A DNA stretch of 64,000 nucleotides from an uncultured Nitrososphaerota archaeon (GTDB taxonomy: Archaea; Thermoproteota; Nitrososphaeria; Nitrososphaerales; Gagatemarchaeaceae). Every line of letters starts with the position of its first letter. Position 1 is the first letter of the stretch. Location of the stretch: contig CAWISW010000001.1 in assembly GCA_963838925.1 (NCBI GenBank), positions 64,001-128,000 of the forward strand. The letters run 5' to 3'. Below are positions 46,372 through 54,575 of the stretch, in pieces. A program made the position numbers and the translations under genes. The notes below the pieces were generated by a model. That model searched no databases, was not told the DNA's origin, and saw only the letters and a program-made list of their open reading frames with translations.

Positions 46372-46423
46372 AGGCCGAAACGCCTTTAATCTCCCCGCCG
46401 CGCGGGGTGGCTGGAAATCCCGT

Positions 46424-46783
46424 TTGCAGATCCTAGAGAAGAAGGAGTCCAAGCTCCTCGGGCGGACCGACCTCGACGTGCTCTTCAGCGAGAAGGCCGG
46501 CGCGCTCACGAGGAAGGACGCCGTGAAGGAGGTCGCCCAGTCGATGAAGGTGCAAGAGAACCAGGTGGCCCTCCTCAAGCTCGCGTCGGGCTCGGGCTCG
46601 CGCGACCTCATCGGCACCTTCAGGGTCTACGACTCGGAGGCCGCCCTCAAGGACGTCTCCCCCGGATACCTCAAGGTCAGGCTGATGACAAAGGAGGAGA
46701 GGCAGGCCGCGAAGGAGGCGAAGAAGAAGGCAGAGCAGGCGGCAGCGGTGGCCAAGCAGACAAAGGCAGGCAAGAAGAAGTAG
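46424..46783 (+). CDS. rps24e: 30S ribosomal protein S24e
   Basis: MQILEKKESKLLGR, LTRK, VYDS; conserved position before rps27ae. Confidence 0.9.
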   Translation: MQILEKKESKLLGRTDLDVLFSEKAGALTRKDAVKEVAQSMKVQENQVALLKLASGSGSRDLIGTFRVYDSEAALKDVSPGYLKVRLMTKEERQAAKEAKKKAEQAAAVAKQTKAGKKK

Positions 46784-47077
46784 ATGTCACAAAAGGCAAA
46801 GGCCCCTCCTCCAGCGCCCGCAGCGGCAGCGCCCGCCCCAGCGGCACCCGGCGCAGAAGCGCCAGCGGTGGAGGCGCCGAAGGTACGCAAGGTACGGAAG
46901 GAGCGCAAGCCGCGTGCGAACGTCCAGGTCTGGAAGCTCTACAAGGTGAAGGGCGAGAGCCTCGAGAGGCTCAAGAAGGAGTGCCCCCGCTGCGGCAAGG
47001 GATACTTCATGGCCGAGCACAAGGACAGGCTCTCATGCGGGAACTGCGGATACACCACCTTCACGCCGAAGAACTGA
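46784..47077 (+). CDS. rps27ae: 30S ribosomal protein S27ae
   Basis: [25 protein letters not shown]. Confidence 0.96.
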   Translation: MSQKAKAPPPAPAAAAPAPAAPGAEAPAVEAPKVRKVRKERKPRANVQVWKLYKVKGESLERLKKECPRCGKGYFMAEHKDRLSCGNCGYTTFTPKN

Positions 47078-47183
47078 AGAACTGTTCTAGTCGATTGCTC
47101 GGTCACTGCATCGACTTTTCAGATTGTTCGACCTAGTCTTAGTAGTCTGACTGACAACTTTTGGGCTCCACTAGAAGCCATGG

Positions 47184-47200
47184 GGGTATACCGTATACCC
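47184..47200. promoter_or_regulatory. Palindromic operator upstream of TA pair
   Basis: GGGTATAC-C-GTATACCC directly before TTAAATA. Confidence 0.55.
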
Positions 47201-47228
47201 TTAAATACAAATCCATTCATCTTTCTCG

Positions 47229-47465
47229 TTGTTGCCCAGGTCAAAGGTCACCTCGAAGTATCAGGTTACGATTCCGTTGGCGGTGAGAGAGAAGGTGGAG
47301 GTACGGCCAGGAGAAGTCGTCTCAGTCGAGGCCATATCAAAAGACGAGATTGTGGTTAGACGCTATCCTGGGGTGGGTGACCCGTTGCTCACGCTCATTG
47401 GCAAGAAGGCATCGATCCGTGCCATCCCGATTGAGAAGGTAGAGGAACTGGCCGAGTCTAGATAA
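47229..47465 (+). CDS. vapB: AbrB/MazE-family antitoxin
   Basis: SKVTSKYQVTIP..VR. Confidence 0.9.
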   Translation: MLPRSKVTSKYQVTIPLAVREKVEVRPGEVVSVEAISKDEIVVRRYPGVGDPLLTLIGKKASIRAIPIEKVEELAESR

Positions 47466-47475
47466 GACGGTTAGG

Positions 47476-47913
47476 ATGCTTTTGCCCAGGGTCTTCATCG
47501 ACAGTAACGTCTTCTTCTACGCCAAGATTATGGACCGGACATTTGGCGACTCGTGCGCCCGAGTCGTCCGCCAGATTGCTTCTGGTCAACTCAAGGCCTC
47601 GACGTCGGCGCTGGTTCCGATTGAGGTCGCGAACACAATGCGAAAGTACGGGCTCAGCAAGGACGCCCCCGCAGAAGTCCATGCAATCTTCTCCATGGGG
47701 ATCGAAGTCCACCCGATTGGGGAGCCGGAGGCCAGGGAAGCAGCTGAGATATTCAAGAAGGTCGACATCAGCCCCTACGACTGCCTCCACGCCGCGGTGA
47801 TGAAGAACAACGGCCTGGAAGAGATCGTTTCTGCAGACAAAGACTTTGACAAGCTTCGTTGGTTGAGACGCAAGGACCCCCGATCCTTCCAGAAGGCCGC
47901 CGCTCTCGCGTGA
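47476..47913 (+). CDS. vapC: VapC PIN-domain toxin
   Basis: VFIDSNVF, IEV, PYDCLHAA, SADKDFD. Confidence 0.92.
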   Translation: MLLPRVFIDSNVFFYAKIMDRTFGDSCARVVRQIASGQLKASTSALVPIEVANTMRKYGLSKDAPAEVHAIFSMGIEVHPIGEPEAREAAEIFKKVDISPYDCLHAAVMKNNGLEEIVSADKDFDKLRWLRRKDPRSFQKAAALA

Positions 47914-49569
47914 CTAGGCGGAACTCGCTTCTATGGTCTCTCTGACAGTCTTGAGCACCTGGGGCGCGGTGAGGGGCCTGAACGGCGCGACGTACTTCGG
48001 GCTCTTCGCCTTTACGATGTTCTCCACGCCGTTCGACTTCTTGTAGCCCCTCAGGAAGGCCTCAGCGACCTTCCTCGTCCCGGACTCCTTGAAGGAGAGC
48101 TTGGCCTGGTAGTAGACGAAAGCCGCGATGTCCCACGCCTGGTCGCCGCCCTCCTCGGCCTGCTCGAGGTCGGTGAAGCAGAGGCCTCCATCCCCTCTTA
48201 CGATGACGTTGGTGGCTTTCGAGTCGCCGAGCGAGTATCCCGCCTTGTGGATCGCGCCCACGGCTTCGCCGAACCTCTCCACGATGGCCGTCTCCTCAGA
48301 CCTACCGGTCAGGACCTCCTGGACGATGTCGGAGAGCCTCTCTCCCTCGATGTACTCCTTGACCAAGACCTTGTCGTCGAGCACCGCCCCTATGATGCGG
48401 GGAGTCGACACGCCCCTCTTCCTCAGCTCGATGGAGGCGCTGTACTCCCTGTGCATCCTCGCCTGAGGAGAGGTGCTGAACTTGCGCGACGGCGACCAGA
48501 CGTTGAGGAGCGCCCACTTGACCGACCTGATGTCGGCGAAGTGCTTGAGGACGAAGTTCGCCTCCTTCCCAGTCCCCCCCTTCAGCGTGAGGAGCCTTGC
48601 CGTCGCATAGATCTCCCCGAGGTTCTTCTCCCTCTTCGTGTAGGCCACCATCCCGGAGAGGGTCGCGAGCCTCTGGACCATCTGCTCCGTCTTCGGGAGC
48701 ACCACGCCCTCCTCAAGTTGGATGAGGCGCTTTGGCTCTTCGAGCTCCAGGGGCGGGTCGACCTTGACCTGCATCCTCTTGACCTTCGAGAGGGCCTCGT
48801 CCTTGAAGACGTTGAACCCCACCCTTCCCGCGTAGCCGTGGACGGCGTACTGCCTCACGCCCCTCTTCGTGAGGTTGAAGATGGAGAGGGTCCTCGCGAA
48901 GGCCCTCCCCCTCAGGCCCTCCCCCAGTATCCTCACGTGGGGGACGTCCCCCCTGGTCTCGAGCCTGAGGATCCCGCCAGACTGGAGCGAGAGCGCCCCC
49001 TCCGCGAAGGCCTCCAGGGTGAACGCCTTGTTCTCGTCGGCTGAAGGGCAGGTGTAGGTCTTGATGTAGCTGTACAGCGCGGGCGGGTAGATGAGCGCCC
49101 TCTTGTGGAGCTTGTCGAAGAGGAAGTACTCCAACGGCAGGAGGAGGTCCTGCGCGAACTCCCCGTGCTGCGAGCCGATCTCGAGTATCTCCTCGGCGAG
49201 GACCCTCTTCTTGGACTCGACCTCCGCCTTCCTCAGCAGGTCGTCATTGAGCAGGGGCTCGTAGACGTTGAGGAGCCTGCCGGAGACGAACTCCCCCAGG
49301 TACGCCTTGACCGCGTCGCTCTCGAGCAACTCGGCCTCGACGACGAGCGCCGCCGCTGTGACCGGGGAGTGGACGTACTGGTACCTTATCCTGCCCCTGA
49401 ACTTCTTCGCCACGACTATGAGGTCGTAGTCGGAGTCGGGCCTCGCGTACCCCGCGACCTTCGAGCCGTACGCCGCGACAGCGAGCGCCTTTCCCCCGTC
49501 GCCCACGACGTCGTCGGCGACCTCGAGGAGCTGCCTCCTCTCCTCGTCCCCCAGCCTGTTGAGGTCCAT
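47914..49569 (-). CDS. Nucleotidyltransferase-protein kinase-like fusion protein
   Basis: N-terminal YGSKVAGYARPDSDYDLIVV; C-terminal VLKHF, EYIEG, LGDSKATN, FTDLEQ, WDIA. Confidence 0.82.
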   Translation of the reverse strand: MDLNRLGDEERRQLLEVADDVVGDGGKALAVAAYGSKVAGYARPDSDYDLIVVAKKFRGRIRYQYVHSPVTAAALVVEAELLESDAVKAYLGEFVSGRLLNVYEPLLNDDLLRKAEVESKKRVLAEEILEIGSQHGEFAQDLLLPLEYFLFDKLHKRALIYPPALYSYIKTYTCPSADENKAFTLEAFAEGALSLQSGGILRLETRGDVPHVRILGEGLRGRAFARTLSIFNLTKRGVRQYAVHGYAGRVGFNVFKDEALSKVKRMQVKVDPPLELEEPKRLIQLEEGVVLPKTEQMVQRLATLSGMVAYTKREKNLGEIYATARLLTLKGGTGKEANFVLKHFADIRSVKWALLNVWSPSRKFSTSPQARMHREYSASIELRKRGVSTPRIIGAVLDDKVLVKEYIEGERLSDIVQEVLTGRSEETAIVERFGEAVGAIHKAGYSLGDSKATNVIVRGDGGLCFTDLEQAEEGGDQAWDIAAFVYYQAKLSFKESGTRKVAEAFLRGYKKSNGVENIVKAKSPKYVAPFRPLTAPQVLKTVRETIEASSA

Positions 49570-49582
49570 CCTGGCGCCACGC

Positions 49583-50281
49583 TCACTTCCGCGCCGTCTG
49601 CGCGGACTCCATCGCCCTGATCCTCTCGAGGAGGGCTGGGTCGAACCTCGTCCTCGCCACCATTGTCATGTCCAGCCTCACGTTGTTCTCCTCCGTGGTG
49701 ACCCGCCGCGTAGGGAGCCCCTTCGCGACCCACGCCTTGCTCACCTTGTCGTCGAGCTTCGGGTCGGTGAGGTTGGGTGTGAACCTCTTGTCGACGAGCC
49801 TCGCGAGAGGCTTGTCCTTTGCGAAGACCTTCGACGGGCTGACCACCCTCTCCTCGTCCGCGTACCCCGCCTCGAAGAGCGTGCTGACCCTCTCCTCGCT
49901 GATGATGCTCGTGCCGCTCAGCCTCCTGACGAGGTCGACGTAGTGCGTGAACTCGTGGGCCGCCACCGCCGTCACCGTCAGCTTCGTACCAAAGAGGAGG
50001 AGAGGCGCGGTGAACTGGACGATTATCGAGACCTTCCCCTCGAACGGGGTAGGGATCACCCGCGCGAAGAAGGCGCCGACGCTCCCGTATTCGACCGACG
50101 TGACGGCGAGCGGCAGGGTCGGCTCGACGTAGTACGGGGGGTACCTCAGACCGGTGGCCTTCTCGACCCGGGCTATCGCCCCCGAGAGGTTCCCCGCCTT
50201 CGCCTTTACCTTCGCAGCGAGCGCGGGCTTTAGCTTCCCCTGGGCCGCGAACTGGTCCATAAGGACGAAGGGGTCTGCCAC
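49583..50281 (-). CDS. Hypothetical protein with HExxH metallopeptidase-like motif
   Basis: AVAAHEFTHY; host-like codon usage; 13 bp from the downstream fusion gene. Confidence 0.7.
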   Translation of the reverse strand: MADPFVLMDQFAAQGKLKPALAAKVKAKAGNLSGAIARVEKATGLRYPPYYVEPTLPLAVTSVEYGSVGAFFARVIPTPFEGKVSIIVQFTAPLLLFGTKLTVTAVAAHEFTHYVDLVRRLSGTSIISEERVSTLFEAGYADEERVVSPSKVFAKDKPLARLVDKRFTPNLTDPKLDDKVSKAWVAKGLPTRRVTTEENNVRLDMTMVARTRFDPALLERIRAMESAQTARK

Positions 50282-50317
50282 GATGGCTCGTTTCCGCCCC
50301 GAGCCTATAAATCGTTC

Positions 50318-50518
50318 TTAGAGCTCTTCGTCTTTCTTCCTTCGCAAACGGGACCAAATTGCGGTGACCAGGGCGAAGAGCCCGACCGCGATCAGCACCA
50401 GACCCCTGCCCATCTGCCCCGGGCTGTAGAACCCTGACGCGGCCCATATGCCAAGCGCAAGGGCGACGCAGAGGCCGAACGTGACTTCGACCGAGGAGAC
50501 CGCGTTTCTACCCATCAA
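50318..50518 (-). CDS. Small two-TM membrane protein
   Basis: Two hydrophobic segments, basic C-terminus. Confidence 0.5.
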   Translation of the reverse strand: MMGRNAVSSVEVTFGLCVALALGIWAASGFYSPGQMGRGLVLIAVGLFALVTAIWSRLRRKKDEEL

Positions 50519-50598
50519 AACACGCTCCTTTTGGGGTCAGTCTTAAGCTGTAGCTTCTTGCCTCTAGTACAGGAAGAAACAGACCCAGAAAGCTTAAA

Positions 50599-50620
50599 GA
50601 CATATACATATGCATATGTC
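50599..50620. promoter_or_regulatory. Inverted repeat operator upstream of TA pair
   Basis: GACATAT-N8-ATATGTC between CTTAAA and the antitoxin start. Confidence 0.55.
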
Positions 50621-50631
50621 GCGATAACGGC

Positions 50632-50856
50632 TTGGCGCGTACCATCGCTATATCGGACGAGGTCTATGAGCTACTCAAGCGAGCGAAGCTTCCGGGCGAG
50701 AGCTTCTCGACAGTCATCAAGAGAAACCTGCGAAGAGGCAGGCTGTCCGAGCTCGCAGGCACATCGATTCTGAGCCTGGAGGAGTGGGCCGCCATAAAGA
50801 AGGAGCTCGCAGCTTCGGAAGAGATTACGGCAAAGAAGCTCGTGGGGAAGGCTTGA
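50632..50856 (+). CDS. vapB: VapB antitoxin (DUF217-like)
   Basis: RTIAISDEVYELL...GESFS.VI. Confidence 0.88.
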   Translation: MARTIAISDEVYELLKRAKLPGESFSTVIKRNLRRGRLSELAGTSILSLEEWAAIKKELAASEEITAKKLVGKA

Positions 50857-50857
50857 G

Positions 50858-51271
50858 TTGCCGCTATTCGACACCACGTTCATCGTGGATCTTACCAGGT
50901 CGGAGCCCGGCGCCTTGCGGAGGGCTGAGAGGACCGACGAGGAAAACATTCCCGCGGCGTTATCGGTTTTGAGCGTCCACGAATACCTCGTCGGAGTCCA
51001 TCGGAAGTACGGGACCCACTCACGCGACGCGCTTCAGGAGAAGCTCGCGACAGCCCACGTCCAACTATCGAGGTTCGAGGTCATCCCGCTGACGACCGAG
51101 ATAGCGGAAGTCAGCTCGGGCCTCCAGGCCGACCTCATGCGGCTCGGAACGCCGATTGGAATCAATGACCTTTACATCGCGGCTACGGCGCTGAAGCTCG
51201 AATTTACCCTTGTAACGAGAAATATCGCCGAGTTCAAGCGAGTCCCCAAGCTGAAGGTCGAGAGCTACTGA
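50858..51271 (+). CDS. vapC: VapC PIN-domain toxin
   Basis: LFDTTFIVD, SVHE, NDLYIAATA, LVTRN..EF. Confidence 0.92.
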   Translation: MPLFDTTFIVDLTRSEPGALRRAERTDEENIPAALSVLSVHEYLVGVHRKYGTHSRDALQEKLATAHVQLSRFEVIPLTTEIAEVSSGLQADLMRLGTPIGINDLYIAATALKLEFTLVTRNIAEFKRVPKLKVESY

Positions 51272-51275
51272 CAGG

Positions 51276-51752
51276 TCATGCCTGGATAGCAGGCGCGGAG
51301 GCGAGGTTGTAGTTTACCTCGGGCTCTCTCTCAGAGACCTCCACGAACGTCTCCGAGTGCGTGACGCCCGGGACCCTCCCGATGACGTCCGAGATCGTCT
51401 TGTGGAGCTCCTCGATGGTGCGACCCCTCATCGTCAGGAAGGCATCGAACCTCCCCGTCACCTCTGTGAGGTCCCTGGCCTGCGGCAGCTTCATCAGCTC
51501 GCCGATGGCCTGCTCCCTCTGCTTGGGGTCGAGGTTCAGCCCCACCACCACTCCCGCCGGCAGCCCGAGCTTCGACTCGTTGATCTCCAGCGTGTAGCGC
51601 TGTATGATGCCCCTCCTTATGAGCCGCTTTATCCTGCTGTAGGTGACCGAAAGGTTCAGGCCGAGGTCGGTGCTGAGCTTTGGGATCGATATCGAGGCGT
51701 CCCGGTGGAGAGCCCCCAGAATCTTCATGTCTATCTCGTCTAGTTTGCCCAT
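51276..51752 (-). CDS. Lrp/AsnC-family transcriptional regulator
   Basis: LDEIDMKIL, RIKRL..GII, VTGRFD, GV..SET. Confidence 0.92.
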   Translation of the reverse strand: MGKLDEIDMKILGALHRDASISIPKLSTDLGLNLSVTYSRIKRLIRRGIIQRYTLEINESKLGLPAGVVVGLNLDPKQREQAIGELMKLPQARDLTEVTGRFDAFLTMRGRTIEELHKTISDVIGRVPGVTHSETFVEVSEREPEVNYNLASAPAIQA

Positions 51753-51937
51753 ATTCTCCCCGCTTTCTTGTCTCTGTGAAATAATTTCACACTATATTTA
51801 TGTCTGATGGAAATCTGATACTAATTTTTTGGCCTTTTCTCTCGTGGCGCTGATATACTAAGGGTGTTTCGCCCTTTCCTAGGCCGAGAAGTGGCCTCAG
51901 ACAATAAATAGACGCGGAGGCGTCCGAGAGGCCGGTT

Positions 51938-53278
51938 TTGAAAGCGGGAAGGCGCCTCGTGCCTCTGCTTCTGCTCGGGCTCCTACTCGTCTCGCCGTTC
52001 GCCCCGGTGGTCGCCGCGACCGCAACCGCGCCCAGCACCACCCCGCTCAAGCACATCTTCATCATAGTGCAGGAGAACCACAGCTTCGACAACTACTTCG
52101 GGTTCTACCCAGGAGTTAACGGCCTTGGGAACGCGGTGCCTCAGCTCAGCCCCAACTCGTCGGCCCTCGTCTCGCCCTTCGAGATCAACAAGGCGACGAT
52201 ACCGGAGGACCTCTGCCACATGGCGCCCTGCGCGCAGGCCGACTTCAACGGCGGCAAGATGGACGGTTTCCTCACGAAGAACGGCGAGAACAACGGCGAG
52301 ACCATGGGCTACTTCAACCCAGACCTCATCCCGTACTACTGGGACTACGCCTACCAATACACCCTCATGGACAACTGGTACACCCCGTTCATGGGCCCCA
52401 GCCTCCCGAACCACATCTACCTCCTCGCGGGGCAGGCAGGGGGCCTCACCGGCAACAACGACCAGTTCAACTTCACCTTCCCCACGATCACAACGCTGTT
52501 GGACGCCGCCAACGTCTCCTGGGCATACTACGCGGGGGGACACACCCGCACCAACGGGTGGAACCCGCTCCCCTCCGACCTCCCATACATGAAGGCCCAC
52601 CCGACCCTCCAGGGGCTCTATGAGACGAGCGCCTTCCCCTCTGCAATCCAAAAGCCCAACTTCCCCTCCGTGGCGTGGCTGATGCCCGAGACCGACCAGG
52701 TCAGCGAGCACCCCCCATACAACGTCACGACCGGCGAGCTGACGACGGTGGGCGAGATCAACGACATCATGCAGAGCAGGTACTGGAACTCGAGTGCGAT
52801 AGTCCTCACCTGGGACGACTACGGCGGCTGGTATGACAACGCGTCCCCGCCGCAGGTGGACCAGTACGGGTATGGATTCCGCGTCCCCACGATCATAATC
52901 TCCCCGTTCGCAAAGCACGGCTTCGTCGACAACACGGTCTCCGAGGACGCCTCGACCCTCAAGCTCATCGAGGCCGTCTTCCACCTGCCCTCGCTCGGTA
53001 CGCGCGACATGAAGGCGAGCGACCTCCTCGATGCGTTCAACTTCGACCAGAACCCGCGCGCCCCCCTCGTCCTCCCCGGCCCGTACCTGCCGAACCACTA
53101 CCCGCTCGCTCTGCCTAACGGCTCGATCCTAGGCCCCCTCCCTCAGGGCTCGCCCGGCAAGCTCACCTCCGACCCGGTCGCTCCCGACTACGACGACGTG
53201 GGCTTCCTTGTCGCGACGGTCTCTTTGCTCGTGATTGTGATGGCCGCGTTCTCGGTCAGGATGAGGCCGCAGTACTAG
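51938..53278 (+). CDS. Membrane-anchored phosphoesterase (AcpA/phospholipase C family)
   Basis: Signal peptide, QENHSFDNYFG, GPSLPNH, SEHP, TWDDYGG, GFRVP.IIISP, C-terminal TM. Confidence 0.9.
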   Translation: MKAGRRLVPLLLLGLLLVSPFAPVVAATATAPSTTPLKHIFIIVQENHSFDNYFGFYPGVNGLGNAVPQLSPNSSALVSPFEINKATIPEDLCHMAPCAQADFNGGKMDGFLTKNGENNGETMGYFNPDLIPYYWDYAYQYTLMDNWYTPFMGPSLPNHIYLLAGQAGGLTGNNDQFNFTFPTITTLLDAANVSWAYYAGGHTRTNGWNPLPSDLPYMKAHPTLQGLYETSAFPSAIQKPNFPSVAWLMPETDQVSEHPPYNVTTGELTTVGEINDIMQSRYWNSSAIVLTWDDYGGWYDNASPPQVDQYGYGFRVPTIIISPFAKHGFVDNTVSEDASTLKLIEAVFHLPSLGTRDMKASDLLDAFNFDQNPRAPLVLPGPYLPNHYPLALPNGSILGPLPQGSPGKLTSDPVAPDYDDVGFLVATVSLLVIVMAAFSVRMRPQY

Positions 53279-53325
53279 CAGCCATGGCGTGCGAAGGTCA
53301 GATAAGTTCCATGACGTTCTGTCGT

Positions 53326-53733
53326 TCAGCCCAGAGCCAAAACTCCCGCGGCCTTCGCTTCCCTCTTCAGCCCTCTGTCGTATGTCGCGATTGGGATTCC
53401 TAGCTTCAGAGCCGTACCGAGTATCACCTTGTCATCGAAGTCCGTGAGTGCCGCCTTCTCTTCGACCACCATCCTGATAGCACGCACGGAGAGCTCTCCG
53501 GCGTCTACTTCAACCAACGACCTCGGGTTTCCAACGAGGGCCGTGACGACCTCCTCGACCTTTTCGGGGGTGACCCCGAGCTTCCTCAAGACCCAGACGA
53601 CCTCGTAGATCACGATGCTCGGCACATGCATCTTCTTCATCGACGCCAAAAGCTCCCTCGCCTTTGCGTGCCCTTCAGCCTCAGCCACCAGCGCGTCTAC
53701 CAGCACGCTGGTATCGATCACTGCCTCGTTCAA
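53326..53733 (-). CDS. vapC: VapC PIN-domain toxin
   Basis: VIDTSVLV, IYEVVWVL, FDDKVIL, ATYD. Confidence 0.9.
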   Translation of the reverse strand: MNEAVIDTSVLVDALVAEAEGHAKARELLASMKKMHVPSIVIYEVVWVLRKLGVTPEKVEEVVTALVGNPRSLVEVDAGELSVRAIRMVVEEKAALTDFDDKVILGTALKLGIPIATYDRGLKREAKAAGVLALG

Positions 53734-53957
53734 CCGGAGATCTCCTCAGCCGACTCGGCGATGAGCCTCTCAACCTCTTTGTTGCTGATTCTCCTGCCTA
53801 TCCTCAAGACTGGAAGTTCGTCGCTCGCCTTTTCAAACACCACGCCCTTTCCCATTATCTTCACCTCCAGGACGTCGCCTTCGCTTATGTGCGCCTCCCT
53901 GGCGATCTCTGCGGGGATGGTCACTTGGCGATTCCTGGTGACTTTTGTCCGTGGCAC
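53730..53957 (-). CDS. vapB: AbrB/MazE-family antitoxin
   Basis: TKVTRNRQVTIP, EGD; overlaps vapC start. Confidence 0.9.
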   Translation of the reverse strand: MPRTKVTRNRQVTIPAEIAREAHISEGDVLEVKIMGKGVVFEKASDELPVLRIGRRISNKEVERLIAESAEEISG

Positions 53958-54044
53958 GACTTACTAAGCACGTTAGATGCTTATAAGGCTAACTAGTAAA
54001 CTCCCCTACTCGCGATGCGCGAGCAACTTGTTAAATACGTGTCA

Positions 54045-54061
54045 TACATGCATCACATGTA
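54045..54061. promoter_or_regulatory. Inverted repeat operator before relBE
   Basis: TACATG-N5-CATGTA between TTAAATA and the ATG. Confidence 0.55.
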
Positions 54062-54280
54062 ATGAGCGAAGCCGTCTCGGTCAGGCTGCCTGAGGACATC
54101 GCAAAGAAGCTGGACGCCCTCGCGAAGACCCTCGACCGGTCGAAGACATACATCGTCACTAAGGCCGTCCAAGAGTACCTCGAAGAGTATGAAGACTACC
54201 TCGTCGCGCTTCACAGGCTCAAGGACAAGGACGACGGAATAGTCTCGGAGAAGGAACTGGTCAAGTCGCTTGGCCCGTAG
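54062..54280 (+). CDS. relB: Ribbon-helix-helix antitoxin (RelB-like)
   Basis: VSVRLP...LDALA...RSK.YI..AV.EYL..YED. Confidence 0.88.
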   Translation: MSEAVSVRLPEDIAKKLDALAKTLDRSKTYIVTKAVQEYLEEYEDYLVALHRLKDKDDGIVSEKELVKSLGP

Positions 54281-54527
54281 GGTGCTCTACAAGTCCTCCG
54301 TGGGCCGCGACCTCAAGCACCTCGATCCTGGGAGCGCGCGAAAGATCCTATCGAAGATTGCGAGCGGTCTCGCAGATGCTTCCATCGAGGGAGAGCCACT
54401 CCAAGGCGAGTTCAAGGGCCTCTTCAGGATCCGGATAGGGGAGTATCGCGTCATCTACACATTGACCGGCGAGGATGTCTTGGTCTTGAGGATCGGGCAC
54501 AGGAGCAAGGTCTGCTCGCCTAGATGA
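54270..54527 (+). CDS. relE: RelE/ParE-family toxin
   Basis: LQG..KGLFRIRIGEYRVIY...VLRIGHR. Confidence 0.9.
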   Translation: MARRVLYKSSVGRDLKHLDPGSARKILSKIASGLADASIEGEPLQGEFKGLFRIRIGEYRVIYTLTGEDVLVLRIGHRSKVCSPR

Positions 54528-54575
54528 GCTTCCCGCCCCAGCGCTTATTACTCCCATTCGAATGATGCAACCGAC

